Shown one piece after another: positions 8,741 through 18,231 of a stretch of 43,834 nucleotides of DNA (positions within the stretch are counted from its first letter, which is position 1; the number at the start of each line of letters is the position of its first letter). Location: the UHGV virus genome UHGV-0214218; one strand, 5' to 3'. The notes beneath the pieces are model-generated. The model was not told where the DNA came from. It saw only the letters and a list, made by a program, of their open reading frames with translations, and made no database searches. This stretch comes from a virus. A program made the translations under genes and the position numbers.

Positions 8741-9201
8741 TTTGCTTTCCTCAAAATTAATGACCATGCAGCGCCGCCGAAAACTTTAGCCACAAATTGA
8801 CCAGCGACAACTAGCGGCATAAAGTAACCAAAGGCAATAAGCGGAAAAATTACCGAATCAACAGCTGACGCTGCTATATTGCTTGCGTTGGACTTTATCA
8901 GCCAATGCTTTTTGATTAGTAACTGGTATACAGACGCATCAGCTAGAGCTGCGATAGCGAACGAAGCAACACTTGCGATGGCGATCATATCGGTGGCTGG
9001 GTTAATCAAATAACTCAACACACCAGCGATACATATAAGAACTATTATTTTCCTGACACCGACCCTCTCATGCAGCTTATCCCTTACAACAAAATCAAGG
9101 CCAATAAACAGAAACGCGTTTACTGGAGTGATTGCCGGTCCAAAGAAATGCACCGAGAAATTTGCTGCGCATATTGCTGCTATATAAATTACTGAAAGCA
9201 T
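8737..9201 (-). CDS. YhhQ/DUF165-family membrane protein (queuosine-precursor preQ0/preQ1 transporter family), short form
   Basis: The 154-aa polytopic protein aligns to E. coli YhhQ: LFIGLDFVVRDKLHERVGVRKIIVLICIAGVLSYLIN versus IFLATDLTVRIFGAPLARRIIFAVMIPALLISYVIS, and NIAASAVDSVIF versus LFGNVSDTLAFF. CAGGAG RBS. Confidence 0.6.
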   Translation of the reverse strand: MLSVIYIAAICAANFSVHFFGPAITPVNAFLFIGLDFVVRDKLHERVGVRKIIVLICIAGVLSYLINPATDMIAIASVASFAIAALADASVYQLLIKKHWLIKSNASNIAASAVDSVIFPLIAFGYFMPLVVAGQFVAKVFGGAAWSLILRKAK

Positions 9202-9228
9202 GTTAACTCCTGTTTGTTATTCATTGCC

Positions 9229-9257
9229 AATCTACATCACTAGCATATTTACGTCAA
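9229..9257 (-). promoter_or_regulatory. leftward promoter TTGACG-17-TAGATT for the YhhQ-like/DpdA-like operon
   Basis: On the - strand, TTGACG is the complement of 9252-9257 and TAGATT is the complement of 9229-9234, with a 17-bp spacer. Same architecture as the promoter at 3859. Confidence 0.5.
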
Positions 9258-9295
9258 CATTTATTATTGTTGTTGATAAATCAGCATCAACGCAC

Positions 9296-9324
9296 TTGAC
9301 CAATCTACACCGGGCGCATAGTAT
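9296..9324 (+). promoter_or_regulatory. rightward promoter TTGACC-17-TAGTAT for the early cluster starting at 9355
   Basis: -35 at 9296-9301 and -10 at 9319-9324. Three ATCTACA motif copies lie in the same 150-bp divergent region. Confidence 0.55.
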
Positions 9325-9354
9325 ATCTACATCAGGCTTACCGGAGATATCACT

Positions 9355-9561
9355 ATGCGCAGCTATGCAGGATTTACACAGGAGGAAAAAGAGCAGGTTT
9401 ACTCACTGGCACGAGCTGGGGTGCCTGATGATGTGATTTGCCGTCGGTATGATATCGACGAGGATTTTCTACTGCGCGTTATTGATGATGTTTTCGTTAA
9501 CCTGCAAGAGAAGCGCGGGTACAAGGGTATCTGCTGCAAGAATGATTTTTTGAGAGGGTGA
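9355..9561 (+). CDS. hypothetical early protein (68 aa)
   Basis: Six-frame ORF with GGAG 10 nt upstream. Confidence 0.5.
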   Translation: MRSYAGFTQEEKEQVYSLARAGVPDDVICRRYDIDEDFLLRVIDDVFVNLQEKRGYKGICCKNDFLRG

Positions 9562-9562
9562 T

Positions 9563-9748
9563 ATGATGATTATTGAAAAATCAAATGGCAATGTGGAAAT
9601 TGAGGTTTTCTCATATAAGATGGCTGGGTATGATGATGATATTAAATTCATTCAGGGTGACGCTGATGAACTTAATATAAGCAAACGTCAGGCGATGGAG
9701 TTGATTGATATTTTGCGGAAGTTTGTTAATGGTGAGGAAATTGAGTGA
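9563..9748 (+). CDS. hypothetical early protein (61 aa)
   Basis: Six-frame ORF, tightly packed. Confidence 0.45.
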   Translation: MMIIEKSNGNVEIEVFSYKMAGYDDDIKFIQGDADELNISKRQAMELIDILRKFVNGEEIE

Positions 9749-9954
9749 TGAGCGTTTATTTTTGCTGCGGACACATAGAACGACAAGGTAGCGTTGCCAG
9801 TGTCGGTAGTTTCTGCGGATTATCTATTGGCACTGATGCTGTTAGCGCATATGAGGACGCCATGATAGCGCAGGTGAAAGAAATTCAGTCAATAACTGAG
9901 AGTGGTGCTTTTAATCTTTCTGTTATTTTTGATAAATTCGAAAAGGTGGAGTGA
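9745..9954 (+). CDS. hypothetical early protein (69 aa)
   Basis: Six-frame ORF with ATGA overlap. Confidence 0.45.
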   Translation: MMSVYFCCGHIERQGSVASVGSFCGLSIGTDAVSAYEDAMIAQVKEIQSITESGAFNLSVIFDKFEKVE

Positions 9955-10115
9955 TGGCACTATTCTGGTCGTTCTGGATTCCATTTAACTTTATGTTCTG
10001 GTGGGCTATGGCTGCAGGAGTGAGTGAGCCAACCAGGCTACACTTCATGATTGGCTCATTTTTCGCTGTGGTGACTGGCGTCGTGCCATGTTTACTGTAT
10101 CAATATTTCAAATAG
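9954..10115 (+). CDS. small membrane protein (53 aa, two hydrophobic segments)
   Basis: ATG overlapping the upstream TGA. FWSFWIPFNFMFWWAMAAGV and FFAVVTGVVPCLL. Confidence 0.35.
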   Translation: MALFWSFWIPFNFMFWWAMAAGVSEPTRLHFMIGSFFAVVTGVVPCLLYQYFK

Positions 10116-10125
10116 AGGTGGAGTA

Positions 10126-10329
10126 ATGGACAGAAAACATCTTCACGAGATGGCTGTTGAACTTAGAAAAAGATTTGAGAGCATCTGGCTTGATAACCGT
10201 CATGAATATAATGATAAGCGATACCAGATTTACGCAAAATGCAGAGGGTTGGTTGTCGGGGATAGGATGGAAAATGCTGTATTCCATCACAGTAACGCCA
10301 CGATTCACAGGCGAGCTTTCGACTACTGA
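10126..10329 (+). CDS. hypothetical protein (67 aa)
   Basis: AGAGGTGGAG RBS then the ATG at 10126. Confidence 0.5.
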   Translation: MDRKHLHEMAVELRKRFESIWLDNRHEYNDKRYQIYAKCRGLVVGDRMENAVFHHSNATIHRRAFDY

Positions 10330-10334
10330 TACCG

Positions 10335-10343
10335 TGATATAAT
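10335..10343 (+). promoter_or_regulatory. extended -10 TGATATAAT upstream of the portal gene
   Basis: CGTGATATAATCC, a member of the GTGATAnAAT late-promoter family. Confidence 0.45.
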
Positions 10344-10372
10344 CCCCTTAATTGGGAATTTTTTATTGGTGA

Positions 10373-12704
<2,332 letters not shown>

Positions 12705-12719
<15 letters not shown>

Positions 12720-12737
12720 GGGCTTTGATTTATTTCG
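12705..12737. terminator. bidirectional rho-independent terminator (AAGCCCTC-TAAGT-GAGGGCTT followed by TGATTTATTT)
   Basis: 8-bp stem. The head-morphogenesis stop codon lies inside the loop. An A-run precedes it. Confidence 0.7.
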
Positions 12738-12808
12738 ATGACTTATCGCATTTTCTGCACCAACTTGTAAGGCACATGCGACCGCAATGATTACATATGG
12801 GCCACATA

Positions 12809-13351
12809 TCAACCCTCCAGTTTAACGCCGGGAATTTTGCCTGCTGCGATGGCGTCGTAAATAATTTCGTATTCACTATAAATCCAGTTGTCACCCTCAT
12901 CAGACTCCCTCTGCATTGCCTCTATTGCTGCATCGCGCCTCCTTTCTGCTTCTGTGCGCAGCGGTTTTATGCGCCCTGAGTTGGCTTGAATGGAGAAGTA
13001 TTTTCTTGCGGGTACGTTGCGCATCACAACAGCTTTCCCATCAAAATCATAACCAACCACAACACAATGAATAATGCCTTCATCAACATAACACTCACAT
13101 TCACACCCAACTGACGGCAAGCCTTCGCCGTTCCATGCTGGCTTTTGCGATGCTGCGAGTGCGGATTCGTATTGCTGCTTAGTAACCACATCCGCAATCC
13201 AGTCATCGCATTTTTTGAGCTTAAAGTCACTGCAATAGTCAGATTCCATTTCAAACAACTGGCCCTCACTATCCTGCTCTACAGCATCAACTCCCTCAGG
13301 CCACCCACCACGCTTAGGCAATTCTTGAACTAACAGGTCGATAAGTTTCAT
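12809..13351 (-). CDS. hypothetical protein (180 aa, Cys-rich CECECY segment)
   Basis: Six-frame ORF, distal gene of the leftward operon starting at 14104. Confidence 0.5.
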   Translation of the reverse strand: MKLIDLLVQELPKRGGWPEGVDAVEQDSEGQLFEMESDYCSDFKLKKCDDWIADVVTKQQYESALAASQKPAWNGEGLPSVGCECECYVDEGIIHCVVVGYDFDGKAVVMRNVPARKYFSIQANSGRIKPLRTEAERRRDAAIEAMQRESDEGDNWIYSEYEIIYDAIAAGKIPGVKLEG

Positions 13352-13629
13352 TTTGTTTCTCCCAAAGCCTTATTAACCGCCGCACGCGCATTATCCAGAG
13401 CGCGGCGCTTGCTTGATGTTGTCCAGACTTTGCCTGAGTTGTCGTCGTAGATTTCCAGTAGTTGCTGGAGTGCTGATAGCATGGTCTTGTTATTGTCGTG
13501 ACAATAGCCCACGGAGAACCCAAGCCAAATCCAGTCCTTTTCCATATCAGTCATGCCGACAAAACCAACGGAATCGAACCATTTGCTAAATAACTGGTAA
13601 ACTTCGCGCTGAGTCATCATCAACCTCAC
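13348..13629 (-). CDS. hypothetical protein (93 aa)
   Basis: Six-frame ORF with ATGA overlap to the downstream gene. Confidence 0.45.
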   Translation of the reverse strand: MRLMMTQREVYQLFSKWFDSVGFVGMTDMEKDWIWLGFSVGYCHDNNKTMLSALQQLLEIYDDNSGKVWTTSSKRRALDNARAAVNKALGETK

Positions 13630-13769
13630 TTAATATATTCAATAATTTTGCATTCACGCATCTGCACCAGACCAAATGGCGCAACCACCTTACCGCACGG
13701 ACGGATTTTGATTTGCTCAAGTCTGAACACTCCGCAACGTCCGTTTTCTTTGAATTTGACCATTACCAT
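13626..13769 (-). CDS. small protein (47 aa) with a CxxxC...C pattern
   Basis: GAGGTG RBS. Starts 2 nt after the upstream stop. Below the track cutoff. Confidence 0.35.
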   Translation of the reverse strand: MVMVKFKENGRCGVFRLEQIKIRPCGKVVAPFGLVQMRECKIIEYIK

Positions 13770-13771
13770 AA

Positions 13772-14104
13772 TTACACCTCGAATGACTTTGTTAAATGAT
13801 TAAGTGGCTTACCTATAACTCCAGTTATCACCCCTTGATATGACAACCTGATCTCATTCAGGAAGCATGGGTGAGTTTGCGTAAATTCAATGCAGTCAAA
13901 CCACATTGAAAAGCCAGCGTTCTTCAGTGTGCATAGATTGCAATACCATTCAATACGAAATCTTGCGCCATCAGGCGTCTCTATGCGTATATCACGCAAG
14001 CTAAAATCATCAATTGACTTCAAAGCGCCTTTTTCTTTCGCTAACTCCAGCAGTTTAATTAATTCTTCTCTATTGTTAATTTTCATCTTCATCACCTCAT
14101 TCAC
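13772..14104 (-). CDS. hypothetical protein (110 aa)
   Basis: Six-frame ORF, first gene of the leftward operon, with a GAGGTGATGAAG RBS. Confidence 0.5.
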   Translation of the reverse strand: MNEVMKMKINNREELIKLLELAKEKGALKSIDDFSLRDIRIETPDGARFRIEWYCNLCTLKNAGFSMWFDCIEFTQTHPCFLNEIRLSYQGVITGVIGKPLNHLTKSFEV

Positions 14105-14107
14105 CGT

Positions 14108-14165
14108 TTGATGTAGATACTATGCACCACCACTCAATCTACGTCAATACCTGTTGTGATAGAAT
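14108..14165. promoter_or_regulatory. divergent promoter region: inverted pair TTGATGTAGATA ... AATCTACGTCAA, leftward TTGACG-19-TAGTAT, rightward extended -10 TGATAGAAT
   Basis: The 12-mers sit at 14108-14119 and 14136-14147 in inverted orientation. The extended -10 is at 14157-14165, ahead of the AGGAGG RBS of the lysis cassette. Confidence 0.45.
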
Positions 14166-14191
14166 TAGTTATTATTTGAACAGGAGGCAGA

Positions 14192-14470
14192 ATGAAACTA
14201 TCGCAACGCGGCATGGAAACGCTTGGGATCACCGATGCCGTAGATATATCGCCTTACATCACCACCGAGACAACGCAGAATCAGTTTGATGCACTGACAA
14301 GCCTCGCCGCCGACATCGGCATTGACACGTTCCGCAAGTCAACACTCCTGAAGAAACACAATCTTCGCTGCTTCTCGTGTGTCGTCGCGCATTTCATCGT
14401 GTGGGGCGAGAAGACCGACAACAAAGTAAAACGCAAAGCTGAAAAAGAGGTTTACTGGTATGGCTATTAG
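14192..14470 (+). CDS. 92-aa protein resembling only the C-terminal lobe of GH24 phage lysozymes (no catalytic N-terminus)
   Basis: QNQFDALTSLAADIGIDTFRKSTLLKKHN resembles the conserved C-terminal QFDAL...STLLKK region of P22/T4-type lysozymes. Strong AGGAGG RBS and no TM segment. Confidence 0.45.
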   Translation: MKLSQRGMETLGITDAVDISPYITTETTQNQFDALTSLAADIGIDTFRKSTLLKKHNLRCFSCVVAHFIVWGEKTDNKVKRKAEKEVYWYGY

Positions 14471-14924
14471 CAAAAACATGAAGGCATTTCTGGATATGCT
14501 GGCGTACAGCGAGGGCACGGATAACGGACGGCAGAAAACCAATAATCATGGCTATGATGTGATTGTTGGTGGATCGCTGTTTACTGATTACTCAGACCAT
14601 CCGCGCAAGCTGATTAGTCTGCCTAAGCTGGGTATCAAATCCACTGCAGCCGGACGCTATCAGGTGCTGGCTAAGTTTTATGACGCGTATAAAAAGCAGC
14701 TGCGCCTGCCTGACTTCTCCCCCGCATCGCAGGACGCCATTGCAATACAGCTAATCCGTGAATGCAAGGCCACTGCCGATATTGAGGCTGGGCGCATTGC
14801 TGATGCCATTCATAAATGCCGCTCCCGCTGGGCTTCATTGCCGGGCGCTGGCTATGGTCAGCATGAGCAGAAGCTGGATAAGCTGATTCAGGTATATAAG
14901 GATGCTGGCGGAGTTGTGGCATGA
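14460..14924 (+). CDS. R: endolysin, lambda R-type lytic transglycosylase
   Basis: Near-colinear match to lambda R over most of its length (KAFLDMLAYSEGTDNGRQKTNNHGYDVIVGG...HPRK...WASLPGAGYGQ), including the catalytic Glu in the SEGTD motif. Confidence 0.9.
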   Translation: MAISKNMKAFLDMLAYSEGTDNGRQKTNNHGYDVIVGGSLFTDYSDHPRKLISLPKLGIKSTAAGRYQVLAKFYDAYKKQLRLPDFSPASQDAIAIQLIRECKATADIEAGRIADAIHKCRSRWASLPGAGYGQHEQKLDKLIQVYKDAGGVVA

Positions 14925-15151
14925 AAAAGCTAAGCAACTGGCTGCTCGGCGCGTGGATTTCGTTCTGCTCACTGTTGCAACTATGGCCTGACGCAATGAT
15001 GCATGTGTGGGTAATGATGCCGGACGACCTGAAAGCGGCACTACCGCCAATCGTGGTCAAAGGTGTGAGCTACTCCATCATGCTGGTTGGTATTCTCAGC
15101 AAGATGCACGGCATGAGGAAGGAAAACCGGAGGCTGCGCAATGGTGAGTGA
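14921..15151 (+). CDS. holin-like membrane protein (76 aa, 2 TM helices, basic C-terminus RKENRRLRNGE)
   Basis: ATGA overlap with the endolysin. Topology and charged tail resemble class II holins/pinholins. Confidence 0.45.
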   Translation: MKKLSNWLLGAWISFCSLLQLWPDAMMHVWVMMPDDLKAALPPIVVKGVSYSIMLVGILSKMHGMRKENRRLRNGE

Positions 15152-15311
15152 GCAAAGAGATGCATTAGCACAGGAATGGGCGCGCATAACCAGCGGGGGA
15201 GGTGATATTGAGTCGGCGTGGCTTGAGCTTAAGCATCGCGCTAAGCTGATTCAATTCGCAACTCGTCGGTGTTTTATATGGAGGCTGCGCAATGATGTCG
15301 ATTCTCGCTAA
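15141..15311 (+). CDS. possible small soluble protein (56 aa) between the holin-like gene and Rz
   Basis: ATG at 15141 overlapping the holin end. Weak support. Confidence 0.25.
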   Translation: MVSEQRDALAQEWARITSGGGDIESAWLELKHRAKLIQFATRRCFIWRLRNDVDSR

Positions 15312-15783
15312 ATACTGGCGACCGCTGGCAATTATTATAATTGTTGTTATCTGCGCGCTGTGGGTTGTCGGCAAAGTGTCCAGTTATGGTGAGCAACAAT
15401 ATAACGCAGGATATGCAAAAGCAATCGCCGAACAGAAGGCCGCAGATGAACAAGAGGAGCAACGACGCAATGCAGAACTGCAAAAGATTCAGGCCGACGC
15501 ACAGCAAAGGGTTGATGCTGCGCGCAATGATGCTGTCAATGCTGCTACTAAGTCTGGCAGGTTGCAGCAACAACTCGCAAATATCCGCAAGCAGCTCGTC
15601 GGATATTCCACCTCTGAGTCCATTGGCAATCCAGCCGCAGAAACCGGAGTTTTGCTTGCCGACGTGCTCAGCAAATCTGTCGAAAGAAATCGACAACTGG
15701 CAGATTACGCTGACAGGGCAAGAGAAGCAGGATTAGCGTGTGAGGCGCAGTACAATTCGCTGCGCAATAAAAAAGCCCCGTAA
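15292..15783 (+). CDS. Rz: i-spanin (Rz-like): N-terminal TM anchor plus periplasmic coiled coil
   Basis: TM segment LAIIIIVVICALWVV, then a Q/A/E-rich coiled coil. An embedded +1-frame lipoprotein gene follows the classic pattern. Confidence 0.75.
   Translation: MMSILAKYWRPLAIIIIVVICALWVVGKVSSYGEQQYNAGYAKAIAEQKAADEQEEQRRNAELQKIQADAQQRVDAARNDAVNAATKSGRLQQQLANIRKQLVGYSTSESIGNPAAETGVLLADVLSKSVERNRQLADYADRAREAGLACEAQYNSLRNKKAP
15515..15736 (+). CDS. Rz1: o-spanin (Rz1-like outer-membrane lipoprotein) embedded in the +1 frame of Rz
   Basis: MLRAMMLSMLLLSLAGC signal with an LAGC lipobox. Pro-rich mature part. Fully embedded in Rz. Confidence 0.65.
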   Translation: MLRAMMLSMLLLSLAGCSNNSQISASSSSDIPPLSPLAIQPQKPEFCLPTCSANLSKEIDNWQITLTGQEKQD

Positions 15784-15800
15784 TGGGGCTTGCGTTTAAT
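15774..15800. terminator. bidirectional terminator (AGCCCC-GTAAT-GGGGCT followed by TGCGTTTAATTTGTTTG)
   Basis: The Rz stop lies in the loop. It also ends the converging leftward operon. Confidence 0.7.
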
Positions 15801-15951
15801 TTGTTTGTTCGGTGTTTTCTCTCTGCTTCCACATTTGCTTCAACTGAAAATAAGCATAAGCCTCATCACCATCCTTCGCATTGCGTTCCATTTGCTCACA
15901 CCATGCAGATGGTTTTGGTGGCTCACTCTGCTGGCAATGTTGTTGGCTCAT
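15796..15951 (-). CDS. small hypothetical protein (51 aa from the internal ATG)
   Basis: Part of track ORF 15796-16014. Its start was chosen after the upstream gene end. Confidence 0.3.
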   Translation of the reverse strand: MSQQHCQQSEPPKPSAWCEQMERNAKDGDEAYAYFQLKQMWKQRENTEQTN

Positions 15952-16231
15952 CAACAGATTCCTCGACCGTAGCTTCAACGATGCGCACCAGCGAGCACTC
16001 AAGGTTAGGCGCATTGTAATTACCCGCCAGAAACAGCACGCTACCAGTGCTAATCAGCACCTGCTTTGCGTTTGCCTGTGACAGATTCTGCACGATGAAT
16101 TGCGCTGTCTCAGTGCCTATTTTCAGCACTGCACTACCGTCGCTGTTTAGTGATACCAGTTGCGCGGAAGTGTCAGCAATATTGGTGTAGTTCGCGTTTC
16201 GTTGCGCGATGGTGATATCGCAGAATGCCAT
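15923..16231 (-). CDS. hypothetical protein (103 aa)
   Basis: Internal ATG of track ORF 15923-16378, preceded by an AGGAG RBS. The upstream 70-aa gene ends at 16233. Confidence 0.5.
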   Translation of the reverse strand: MAFCDITIAQRNANYTNIADTSAQLVSLNSDGSAVLKIGTETAQFIVQNLSQANAKQVLISTGSVLFLAGNYNAPNLECSLVRIVEATVEESVDEPTTLPAE

Positions 16232-16232
16232 T

Positions 16233-16445
16233 TTATGCTCCTGTAGTGATGTGGATTTTGCCGTTTTCGCCATATGTTGCCGATTCGATTGTCGCGGTGA
16301 TTGTAGATACTCCATCAAAAGATGCGTCGAGATTGAAGTTAACCACGCCAGCAACCCTGCGTCCGTCCTGATCAACAATCATGCTTCTGCCATTAATTTG
16401 CTCAACATGGAGATGCACTGACTCGTCATTTTTGGGTGGTGCCAT
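16233..16445 (-). CDS. hypothetical protein (70 aa)
   Basis: Six-frame ORF with ATGA coupling to the upstream gene. Confidence 0.5.
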   Translation of the reverse strand: MAPPKNDESVHLHVEQINGRSMIVDQDGRRVAGVVNFNLDASFDGVSTITATIESATYGENGKIHITTGA

Positions 16446-16747
16446 TATTTAATCTCTCCATTCAGTTCATTAACAATTAACGTCGCATAGCCAGCAATAT
16501 CTTTCCAGCTATCATCATAGGTCGGGTCGCCATTCAGAATTCGCCCAATCTTGTGCTGAATCATGTCGAGTGCCTCGCGTTGGCTTGGCGTCAGGTTGTG
16601 CCAGCCATCCACTTCGCGCATCACATCTTTCAGCTCCTGCATGATTTCAGCACCGTCTTTGAATTTACCGTATCGACTGCCGCGCTCTGTGATGAGTTGC
16701 TCTGTTGCATTAGTATGGCGCTTATCGCCCGTGATTTGTGAACTCAT
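16445..16747 (-). CDS. hypothetical protein (100 aa)
   Basis: Six-frame ORF. Confidence 0.5.
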   Translation of the reverse strand: MSSQITGDKRHTNATEQLITERGSRYGKFKDGAEIMQELKDVMREVDGWHNLTPSQREALDMIQHKIGRILNGDPTYDDSWKDIAGYATLIVNELNGEIK

Positions 16748-17234
16748 TGTGATGCATTCTCCTAAATTCTTTTATTTTTGCTTCCGCTTCTCTTATGTCA
16801 GAAAAGTAACCAACTGTAACTCTTTTGCCATTTACTCCAACTCTTGCATGCCACTTGTTGTGCGATGAACTCCAGTTAACCCCCTTGACACCGCTAGTGT
16901 TGTTTTTGTTCATTGCTTTGTTGTGGCTATTCTCAAATTTACTGGCCGCCCTTAAATTGCACGCCCTGTTGTCATTGCGAATGCCATTGATGTGATCAAT
17001 CATTTCACTTGCTGATGAGCCATGAATGCATATCCATGCTAATCTATGAGCAAGAAAAGCCCTGCCACAAAGAATTATTTGCACATATCCATCTGGCTTT
17101 AAGTGGCCCGCCACGCTCCCTTTTTCTGCAATCCTATTCCTTGTCTTTAGCCATTTAAATTCCCCAGTTAGTGGATTGTAGTCAAGGTAACTCAATATAA
17201 ACTCCCTACTCGGCTCCTCCCTCCTATGTCTCAT
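16722..17234 (-). CDS. HNH homing endonuclease with AP2 domain (paralogue of the terS/terL-inserted one)
   Basis: FLAHRLAWICIHG...IDHINGIRNDNRACNLRAAS plus GVKGVNWSSSHNKWHARVGVNGKRVTVGYF aligns with the 6134-6646 protein. Confidence 0.8.
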   Translation of the reverse strand: MRHRREEPSREFILSYLDYNPLTGEFKWLKTRNRIAEKGSVAGHLKPDGYVQIILCGRAFLAHRLAWICIHGSSASEMIDHINGIRNDNRACNLRAASKFENSHNKAMNKNNTSGVKGVNWSSSHNKWHARVGVNGKRVTVGYFSDIREAEAKIKEFRRMHHNEFTNHGR

Positions 17235-17437
17235 TTCTCCCCCTCTTTCATCGTCACCCGATTATTTTCATCAACATTAAAATTCTCACGAATCAAATCG
17301 TACATATCATCCTTATACATATCAGCCAGCGCCACATAGCAACGGGCAAAGTAGCGAACATCACGGAGTGTCAGCGGCTGCCGCTTCTCCACGATGCTGG
17401 TGATAATGTCCATCGGCTCGCGTCGTGGTCTTGGCAT
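17231..17437 (-). CDS. hypothetical protein (68 aa), first gene of a leftward early operon
   Basis: Six-frame ORF with GAGAAGGAG upstream. Confidence 0.5.
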   Translation of the reverse strand: MPRPRREPMDIITSIVEKRQPLTLRDVRYFARCYVALADMYKDDMYDLIRENFNVDENNRVTMKEGEK

Positions 17438-17536
17438 ATTTACTACTCCTTCTCGAAAAACATCTTGACGTTTCTACATCACTTAGTCAATACTTATTGA
17501 CGTAGATTGTATCACAACGAAAGAGGTGATGTGGAA

Positions 17537-17734
17537 ATGCGATACAAAGAAATAGCAGCAAGATATCAGAAAGAGGTGCGCGAGGTTATGGAAATCCTTA
17601 ACGTTCGCGAAGATACCATTAAGTATGTGGAAACTGCCATGTGTTCACTGGCGCTTGAAGCGGAGGTTGCAGGTCGTGAAAAGGCTGACGAACTTATATC
17701 TGCGGTGGTTTATAGTTCAACCAGTAACGGTTGA
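17537..17734 (+). CDS. hypothetical protein (65 aa)
   Basis: GAGGTG RBS 7 nt upstream of the ATG at 17537 (internal to track ORF 17507-17734). Confidence 0.5.
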   Translation: MRYKEIAARYQKEVREVMEILNVREDTIKYVETAMCSLALEAEVAGREKADELISAVVYSSTSNG

Positions 17735-17794
17735 GGATGAAGGTTATCTGTGCGTTGAGCACGTTGTTATCAAATTCTACGGGAGAAATTACAA

Positions 17795-17989
17795 ATGGCG
17801 CATGACGATCTGTACGAAAAATCGCTAATCCAGCGACTGAATGAAGTTGAGCGCACTCGCGAATGGCTGGAGTGCGAGCTGAGAGAAGTGCGCAACCGCC
17901 TGCAACGCAAACGCAGTCAGCAGAAAGATGTTATCGACTGGTCAGGTGATACGCCTAAATTTAATAATCTTGGGGAGTGGATAAAATGA
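17795..17989 (+). CDS. hypothetical coiled-coil protein (64 aa)
   Basis: Six-frame ORF. Confidence 0.45.
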   Translation: MAHDDLYEKSLIQRLNEVERTREWLECELREVRNRLQRKRSQQKDVIDWSGDTPKFNNLGEWIK

Positions 17990-18231
17990 GCGCGCCGCAT
18001 ATGCCGATGATGAATGATGAATCGCTATTAACATGCCCGTTCTGCGGTGGTCACCCTGAAATAAATGAGACCAGATATGGATATTACATCTCATGCGAGG
18101 ATTGCAATGCAGAAACTGATGCATGGCTTCATCAAGCATCAGCAGTGAAATCATGGAATACCAGAAACGGACATCTATACAATGCAGAAGACTTCAATCA
18201 GGCAGCAGAGGAACGCGAACATGGACTATAA
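17986..18231 (+). CDS. lar: Lar-family restriction alleviation protein
   Basis: CPFCGG...C..C...A...WN.R zinc-ribbon pattern (LLTCPFCGGHPEI...SCEDCNAETDAWLHQASAVKSWNTRNG). GGGGAG RBS. Confidence 0.65.
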   Translation: MSAPHMPMMNDESLLTCPFCGGHPEINETRYGYYISCEDCNAETDAWLHQASAVKSWNTRNGHLYNAEDFNQAAEEREHGL

